DNA of 25,527 bases from a virus. Lineage: Duplodnaviria; Caudoviricetes. The notes under the pieces were generated by a model. It was not told the DNA's origin. It did no database searches and saw only the letters and a list, made by a program, of their open reading frames with translations. The stretch is taken from the IMG/VR virus record IMGVR_UViG_3300020160_000250, positions 1-25,527 of that record; one strand, 5' to 3'. A program made the translations under genes and the position numbers. This document shows, one piece after another, positions 1 through 8,100 of the stretch (its first letter is position 1; the number at the start of each line of letters is the position of its first letter).

Positions 1-1
1 C

Positions 2-793
2 TCTCGTCAAGGTACCTATGGCGGTAGCCGCCAGCTTCTTGCTTCTATGGAACGTGAACGCAATCTAGGTACGCAGTTAGGTGATATCCAGTCGCGTGGT
101 TTGCAATCGGCGTATGAGAGTGCACAGCAACAGTTCGAGCGTGACCGCGCAGCACGTATGACCACGGCTCAGCAGAACCAGCAAGCGGCACTCGGTGTTC
201 AGGGTCTTGGGGCGGATATCGGCTCACGTATGGCACTAGCTAATCTGTCAAATGAGCAGCAAGCACGGGTCAATAACCAAGCTCAGCAGTTCCAAGCACA
301 GGGTATGAATGCCGAGAACGCACTTCGTGCGGCTCTTGCTAACCAGCAAACCGGCCTTTCTGCACTTCAGTCAAACCAGCAGGCTGACCTTGATAGGCAG
401 CGGATGGCAGAGCAGTCTCGCCAGTTTGGTTCGCAGCAGGGACTTGCAGGGTTGGCACAAGCCGGTCAGATGGGTCAGACACTTGCTAATATTGGTTCGG
501 CGCAGTCACAAGCCGATCAAGCTCGCTTTGGTTTACAGACAAGTACAGCAGCGCAGCAACAAGCACTTAACCAACAGTATCTTGACACGGATTATCAAGA
601 ATTCTTGCGTCAGCGCGACTATCCGATGGAACAGCTTCAGCAGTACAGTAGCTTGCTACGCGGTGTGCCAGTAACCCCGCAATCGACAACCACGACGTAC
701 GCTCCTAATGCTTCTCTAGGTTCGCAGCTTATAGGTGGTGGGCTAGGCGCAGCTAGTATCTACAACACGGCTAATCGGGCGGGGATAATTTAA
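2..793 (+). CDS. Putative internal virion / DNA ejection protein, Gln/Ala-rich (5'-truncated by window)
   Basis: The frame is open from base 2 (SRQGTYGGSRQLLAS-MERE...), so the true start lies upstream. It has a GxxGGSRQ motif, a Q/A-rich helical body and a Gly-rich C-terminus (GSQLIGGGLGAA), as in podovirus ejection-protein-like genes. It precedes two other large + strand genes. Confidence 0.6.
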   Translation, partial: SRQGTYGGSRQLLASMERERNLGTQLGDIQSRGLQSAYESAQQQFERDRAARMTTAQQNQQAALGVQGLGADIGSRMALANLSNEQQARVNNQAQQFQAQGMNAENALRAALANQQTGLSALQSNQQADLDRQRMAEQSRQFGSQQGLAGLAQAGQMGQTLANIGSAQSQADQARFGLQTSTAAQQQALNQQYLDTDYQEFLRQRDYPMEQLQQYSSLLRGVPVTPQSTTTTYAPNASLGSQLIGGGLGAASIYNTANRAGII

Positions 794-794
794 G

Positions 795-2147
795 ATGGAA
801 ACGAAACCGTACGATCTACAGTCCCCTGAGCAAATCGCTAAGGACTATGGTGGCAATAAGCAGAAGATTGCTGAAGCTATGCAGATGGGTATTCTTGACC
901 CTACCGCTGGCACGTTGGCTGGTATGTTTATTGACCGTATGCGCGCCGCTGCGCAGCAAGAAGCTGCGCCACAACAATCAGTTGCTCAGCAGGTGTTCGC
1001 TCCTCCGGCTCCACCCCCAATGGCGGCACCTGCTGGGTTAGGCGCTACACCAGAAGCTGCGGCTATGCCGCCTATGAATGCTGCGCCACCTATGGGTGCG
1101 GCTCCACCACAAGAAATGCCAGCTATGGCTATGGGCGGTATGGTCCCTCCTTACGCTTCTGGTGGCGGTCTTTCTGATATGCCTCTGCCTGACGGTATGT
1201 TCGACGAGCCTAGCAATGGTGGCTACGGCGACGGCTACGCAGGTGGCGGTCTCGTTGCGTTTGCCGAAGGTGAAAAAGTTGAAGACAAGGACAAGAAGCA
1301 GTACCTCACCACTGGGGAACCGGCCAAAATTAACGCAGTTGGCGAGCTTGTTGTCGAGCCGCAGATGGCTGCGCCAGCCGTAGTTACAACGCTGCCCGGA
1401 ACAGATTATGCGGTACCAAGTGAAATGTACGGTCGTACCGCTAATCCGTTTACCAACTTTGATAAGTTTGAAGAGATGGCCCCCCGTAAGGTTAAGCGGG
1501 CTGAGCAGCTTCAGGCGTACCTAGATGCCGCACTCGACCCCGAGACGAAGAAAGGCCGCGCCAAAGACGACTTCATGGCTGCTATCGGTATGCTGGGTGC
1601 CAAGATGGCGTCCACACCGGGTTCACTACTCCAGTCGTTCAGTGCCGGTGCTGCTGAAGCTATACCTCAGTTATCTGCTTCGGCTAAGGAACGCCAAGCG
1701 GCGGAGCGCGAAGCCATCAATACACTGGTCGCTGAAGAGCGGACAGGGAACGCGGAACTCCAAGAGCGCGCTAATGCCGCTTACGAGAAATCGAAAGATT
1801 ACGGAACCTTTGCTGAGGCTATGAAGGACCGTGAATTCAGGACTATACTTGAGCGTGAAGGGTTTAACGTTCGTTTACTTGAAGCAAGACTAAACGCTGG
1901 GGCTAGCATTAAGAATGCACTTACCGCAGCAGGCGCTAGCATGTACGGCTCTGATCGTCAGATTGAAAGCGATAGACTCCGGTTTAACACTGAGGTAGCT
2001 GCAACTGTGCGCGAACTTACTGGTAAGGGTGGTGCTAACTATCTACCTTACTCGCAGGCAGTTAAAGCAGGTATAGGGCCTAAATATCTTCAAGACCTCA
2101 CTAGGGCTCTCGGTGGGGGCGATGATCCATTTGGTTTCCGTCGCTAG
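795..2147 (+). CDS. Putative internal virion protein (450 aa), Pro/Ala/Met-rich linker with repeated [MYF]AxG(G) motifs
   Basis: Long ORF starting 1 nt after the previous stop. Contains MAMGGMV, YASGGGL and YAGGGLVAFAEG motifs and a helical C-terminal half. Function is inferred from gene position only. Confidence 0.55.
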   Translation: METKPYDLQSPEQIAKDYGGNKQKIAEAMQMGILDPTAGTLAGMFIDRMRAAAQQEAAPQQSVAQQVFAPPAPPPMAAPAGLGATPEAAAMPPMNAAPPMGAAPPQEMPAMAMGGMVPPYASGGGLSDMPLPDGMFDEPSNGGYGDGYAGGGLVAFAEGEKVEDKDKKQYLTTGEPAKINAVGELVVEPQMAAPAVVTTLPGTDYAVPSEMYGRTANPFTNFDKFEEMAPRKVKRAEQLQAYLDAALDPETKKGRAKDDFMAAIGMLGAKMASTPGSLLQSFSAGAAEAIPQLSASAKERQAAEREAINTLVAEERTGNAELQERANAAYEKSKDYGTFAEAMKDREFRTILEREGFNVRLLEARLNAGASIKNALTAAGASMYGSDRQIESDRLRFNTEVAATVRELTGKGGANYLPYSQAVKAGIGPKYLQDLTRALGGGDDPFGFRR

Positions 2148-2175
2148 AGTTATTAGTATTTATTAGAGAGAAAAT

Positions 2176-5100
2176 ATGGATAATCTTGCCGACTTCCGTC
2201 GCCAGTACCCTCAGTACAACGATATGAGCGACGTCGAGTTGGCGGATGCGATCCATCGTAAATTTTATTCGGACCTACCAAAAGCGGAGGTTTTTAAGAA
2301 GCTCGCGGTAAAACCCGCCGGGGCTGTTGCTGTGCCTACCGCCGCTGCGCCTGCTGCTCTGACGCCTGCCCAGAAACAAGCTGTTGCCCAGAAAACAGCA
2401 GAACGCGGTTTCTTTGGTGGTGTGTACGATGCCGTCATGGGTAACGAGATCGAAGCCCCCGAAGTATATACCGCTAAAGAACTAGCTGCACGGCAAAAGC
2501 AGATTGCGGCTACGCTTAAGAAACTTGGGGTAGACGCTAAAAAATACGACACACTCGCTGTAAGTGCGGCCAAAGAATATCAAGGTCCTAATGCTCCGGA
2601 TCGCGCTCTCGGTTTTACCCAGCAAGCACAGGCTGCGCGTAGTGAAGCAATAGCCCTCCAGAACGAGCTAGATAGCATTACCAAGACGGGGCTAAAGGTT
2701 CCAAAAGCAAATAAGTTTCGTGAGACTCTTAGCTCTACTTTACGTGTTCCTGCTGAAATATTTGCCGGTATCCCCGGTGCCATTGAGGCTACTGCGGGTT
2801 ACGGCCTTGGGACATTTGGCATTCCCGGTGCCGAGACCCTTAAAGCTGCCGGTAAGTCTGACATGGCCCGTGCAAGTGAGCTAGCCGCGCAAGGCTTTGG
2901 CGCACAGGGTGAAGCCCTTAAATATGACGCCACTGCAAAGTTCCTTGCGGATGTCGGGGGTGGTGTAGGTAGTGTTGGTACGTTCTTAGGCCCCGGCCTG
3001 TTGTCCAAGGCTGCTGGTGCGGGTAAAGGTCTGGTAGGCGCAGCGCGGGCAGAAGCTATTGCCAAAGCCGCCCGCCCGCTTGAGTACGGGCTTGGCACCG
3101 TGCAGGGTGCGCAACAGGGCATCCAAGATATTCAAGCTACTGAGCAGCGGACAGGTAAAGTAATCCCCGACGCAAATGCGTTTACTGCTATCGTGTTAAG
3201 CGCAGGTATGGGCGCTACTGAAGTTGGCGCGGCAAGACGTATTTTTGAAAGTCTCCCTGTCGCTAAACGCGGTGCTACTTTGGATACCGTGACCGATATC
3301 GTGCGCCGGGGTACCGCTGGCCGTGTAGACCCTAAAGTGATTAGCGAAGCTGTTAAACGTACTTTGAACACGATTGAAAGTCGTGCGGTTGGTCGTGTGG
3401 CTGTGCGTGGCGCTGAAGAAGCACTTCAAGAAGGTGGCGTACAGTTCGGCACTAATGTGATTGCCAAGGGGCTATACGACGAAGACCGTAACGTTACAGA
3501 AGGCGTCGGGTATAGTATGCTCATCGGCGGTATCGTTGGTAGCGGTCTGCGCGGCGTCACTGAAGTTGCACAGAAGGCCCTTGGTAAAGCCAAGGCGCAG
3601 GGGGTAGACCCTGCGGCTGTTATGGCAGAGTTTCAGCGTCTTGCAGCGGAACAAGCTGGTAGGGTTATGAAGGCTAACCCCGGCATGAAGCAGAACGATG
3701 CTGTTAAGTTTGTCGAGGACAACGCTGAAGCACTATTTAACCTCGCTACTGCTAACATAGTATCGGGAACCAAAGGAGTTCTAGATGTCCCAGTTACAAC
3801 TGGTGCCGGAGTGGATGACCTCGGAGGAAGTGGAGCAGGCACTGCTATTGATCGAGAATCCTTGGCGACCGAAGCCGGTACTACAGTCGCTGGAGCGGAT
3901 GACGACGGACGATTGGACAGGTCTGTATCTGGCGTATCAGTTCCTACAACTGGCACGGGAACGGGAGTCGGTACACTAATTGAGCCTACGGCTAAGCAAG
4001 TTAAAGCCATGGTGCCTACCATTGAGCAGGCGTTTAAAGCCTCGGCTCTTGATTTTGAAGAAGCTTATGCGGACGTCCTCGATAAGAACAACAAGCTAAA
4101 CTCCCAGCAGAAGACACTGGCTGCGCGTATCCTAGTCCAAAGCCCCGAAGTCGATCCGTATGATGCCATTGGGTCAGTGCTTGATCGTGGCTTGGAGACA
4201 CTTCTTGGTAAGCCAGTTCCCAAGAAGGTACCGTCTACCTCGCGCACTACGGTTACACCTACTACGCCTACTACACAGGCTACGCCTGTACGTGATGACA
4301 CCATAATTGGTGCTATATACGATGCTAAGAATAACGAGCGTAACCCGTTAACTTATGAAGATTTGATCGACCAGCTTGATTTCCTAGAAACTCTGGCGAC
4401 CGAAGGTAAGCTTACACCAGAACGGTTAGCATTTTCTGACTTTGGGCAAGTGCAAGACACAGGTACTCTTACTGGCCTTAAAAACAGAATTGCAGCCGAC
4501 CCAGTGGGCACCATACAGCGACTTCGTGAATCTGCGGAGCTTAATAACCAACGGGATATGGCTGAAGCTGCACCCGTTGAAGCTGTACAGGATGAAGCTG
4601 CACCTGCCGGTACGCCCGTTGAACTGGTGCCATATAAAGATATTGCGCTGTCTACCATGTGGTACAAAGGCGGCTCTCAAACCGCTGTTGCGGGTAATGA
4701 AAAGCCTGCATGGGTTCCGGATGATGTACTTGAGTATGATATACCCGGACGCCCAAGACCCACTGGTGATCAGTCTGATGTACGGGTCGAGCAATTTACC
4801 GCCAAAGACGGGACTGTAGGCACAAAGGTATCGGTGCTGGTTCCTACTATTGATGAAGTTTACGGCGACCGAGGTAATACCGCCGCTGCTACTATATGGC
4901 TGCGTGACGCTGACCCCAAGGATATAGACAGCGCAGTTCAAACTGCCGAAGCCGTCGCACGATGGGTTGCTGATCCGAACAACTCAAAGGCTGCTGATGG
5001 CCCGCTAAATCAGATTGCGGATAAGGCAATTTCATTTATTGCTACGCAGTCCGCCCCGGCATCCGTTGCTGCACCTACTACGGCAGGAGCAAAGCCCTCA

Positions 5101-8100
5101 AAGGCACGCGGCCCAAGTAAGGTTAAGGCGGCTGGGGATAAGGGAGCCAAAGCTAAGGCTGTTAAGAAAGTCATTAACAGCAAGCCCGGTAAGACTGTGG
5201 CCGAGAAAATCTTCAACATGGCACAGGCAGAAGTCGATGCCATGCCGAAAGAAGAACTAGATGAGCAGGCTACACCGTATAGCCCTGAGTACGAAACAAT
5301 CCGAGCTACTCCGGGTATCAATACGAAGCGCATGGCCAAGATGCTTGGCCCGCAGCTTTATGGTGACCCAACCAATATGGGTCAGGTTTGCATCAAGGAA
5401 GTATTGCAGAACTCGTTCGACGCCACCCGCACTGCGGTGGATAAGGGGCAGATTACGCAGGGTAAGATCGAAATATCTATCTCGCGGGATGAGCGCACCC
5501 TGACGGTTAAAGACAATGGTATCGGTATGACACCCGAACTGTTGGGCGGTAAGTTCCTCCAGATTGCTGGTACGGACAAGGAAGGCGACAAGAACGCTGG
5601 CGGCTTCGGTATTGCCAAGATGCTCTTTCTGTATGCCAACAAGAACATCCGCGTGGTTACTGCGCGTGATGGGCGTATTGCTGAACTTAACGCTACAGGC
5701 GAACAGCTTTTTGATGGACTGGATGACCCTGATGCCCGCCCGTTCATAGATATTCGTGACTTAGAACCCGCTGACTATGCGGCGTTCCCTAACGGCCATG
5801 GTACCATTATCCAGTTGACTATCCCTGAGGAGTCAGGGGATTACAAAATTAACCCGCTACCGTGGCAAGCACAAAGTGTTCCGTCTTTAATGCTTAGCCC
5901 GCTATTTGCGGATATTGAGGTGTCGTTCTCGGACTATACAGGTTCGCGTGCTTATGCGGTGGACATTGGTAGCAACTTCCCAATCCAAGATTACACCCAG
6001 TTTGTTGGGGTCAAGTTCCCATGGGGTACCGCCAAGGTCTATGTAACACGTAACCAAACGACCCAAAAATACGGTCAGAATATGCACATCCTATCGAACG
6101 GGTTGTGGCAATTCTCAAACTCGGTTAGTAAAGACCCATCCAACATATATAGCGATCCCGTTCCGTACCGGTTCTACGTAGACATCGTACCGTCTGTGAA
6201 GCCAGATGAACCGGGCTATCCATTTAACTTTAACCGCCAGAGTTTTACCGACGACGCCAAGGCCGACTTTAATAAAGTTAAGGCGTATATCGACGCCGTA
6301 TATGCGTATAAGAGTCGTGCGGGTGAGGCTACGTCTTTTGGAGTTATCCAGTACTTCGATGAAAATGGGCAGCTTACTGCACCTATAGACCTCACACCTG
6401 ACATCCCAGTCGTAGATACGGCCTTTACGCGGATTGCAGAAGGTGACATTATTAAGATAGACGATGATGGTTCGTTATTGGTCAACGGGCAACGTATGCC
6501 TGAGCTAACCCCTGAAGAACTAAAGGCGGGCATCCCAAGCGCAAATGACCTAAGAATAAACCCTGATCTAATTGATACCAATCTGGTTATGGTCCACGAC
6601 AACGCTGACGTAGTTATAAAGTCTACCGGCGAGAAAATGCCGATACCGGACTTTATGCGCCGCCAGTTTGGCGAGCGCTTTGATGACTTCATGAGCTTTA
6701 ATGGTGAGGCATTCCTCAAGCTACGTGACGAAGTTGCGCGTGTTATGGGTTATCCCGGCTTACGCGATGAAGCTATCGGTGTATCATTTGACCCTGAGTA
6801 TCGTGGTGTCTCGATCCGGCTACCATTCTCTGGTAGCTTTATTAACCCACTGGTACCCAAGTATGCGGACGGATTGCGCGCTGGGTACGGCATCTTCGGG
6901 ACTATGATCCATGAGCTTGCACACTACAAGGAGCGTAGCCATAATGCTAGATTCCCAGCAGAGTATCAGGATATAGACTTAAACATGGAAGCTGACACAG
7001 GGTTCGCCTATCGTCGGTTTAAGGACAATTTTGCAGACACGATTGCGGCAGATTACGCCGACATCGTTAAACTTGGCGTGGAGCTTTTTAATGGCCAAAA
7101 CTCAGACATTAGCATCGAGTATCGCGGAAACAAATTTACGGATGGCGATGCAGAGCAAACATCCGATGGAGATGGCGATAGGAACGCTGGGGACGTACGC
7201 GGACCTAGCGGAGAAGGAAGCACCGGGGAATCCCTACTCAGCCCATCTTATGAAGGTCGTGACCGTACTGGAGAACGGGGCGACCTTGGAGCAGGCGATG
7301 GAGGTGGCACGGAACCCCTAACTGACGCCAATGTTGAGGAGGCTGTTTCGGTTAAGCTGACTAAGGCGCAGATCAAACGCCTTGAAGCTGCGGCTGGTAT
7401 CCGTGGCATGGAAGTCAACAGGCTACAGAAGCGCATCATCCAGAGCCGTAACGAGAACGAAACCAAGGGGCTTATCAAGCGCCTTGCGGAAGCTATGCGG
7501 AACCCGGATGCCAATAGTGGTATCATAGCATCCCTTACCCAGAGTATGCCGGTAGGGGGCTATAGGCTCATACTTGGCTTCCAGCAAATCGAAGACATCT
7601 TCCGTCTGGCTAAGCTCGCCGGTATGAAGTCGATTGGTAAGATCGACACTATCATGCGGGAAGAATATATCCCGTACGTCAATCGCATCGTGCGGCGAGC
7701 CAGTACGGTTGAGCAAGAATGGACAGCGTTTGCTTCGCGTGACCCAGATGGCAACACGGCGTTGGATGACAACATCATGTACTCAAACATGATCGACGCA
7801 GACCCAAGCTTGGCTGTGACTGCGGCGGAGTATATGCGTATCGACCCCAAGCTTAAAGAACTTGAGGCTAGCTTAGCTACGGAAGCTGACGCAAATAAAC
7901 GGAAGAGCCTGAAAGGGCAGATCACCACGCGTAAGGATGACATCAAGCGGCTGTACTTTGGTGGCACACTTAAAGATACAAACGGTGACCCTGTCCTTGA
8001 CGAGGATGGAAACCCAGTTGTCGTCCTAGGTTGGAACAGCTTAGCGCCAGAAGGTAGAAAAATCTTCAAGGCTGCTCGTGATTTCCACCGCGCCAATTTC

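Noticed and set aside
2148-2175. AT-rich spacer with TTATTAG repeated twice, as a possible late promoter
   Set aside because: Too short, and I noticed no second copy elsewhere in the window; more likely an unstructured translation-initiation region.
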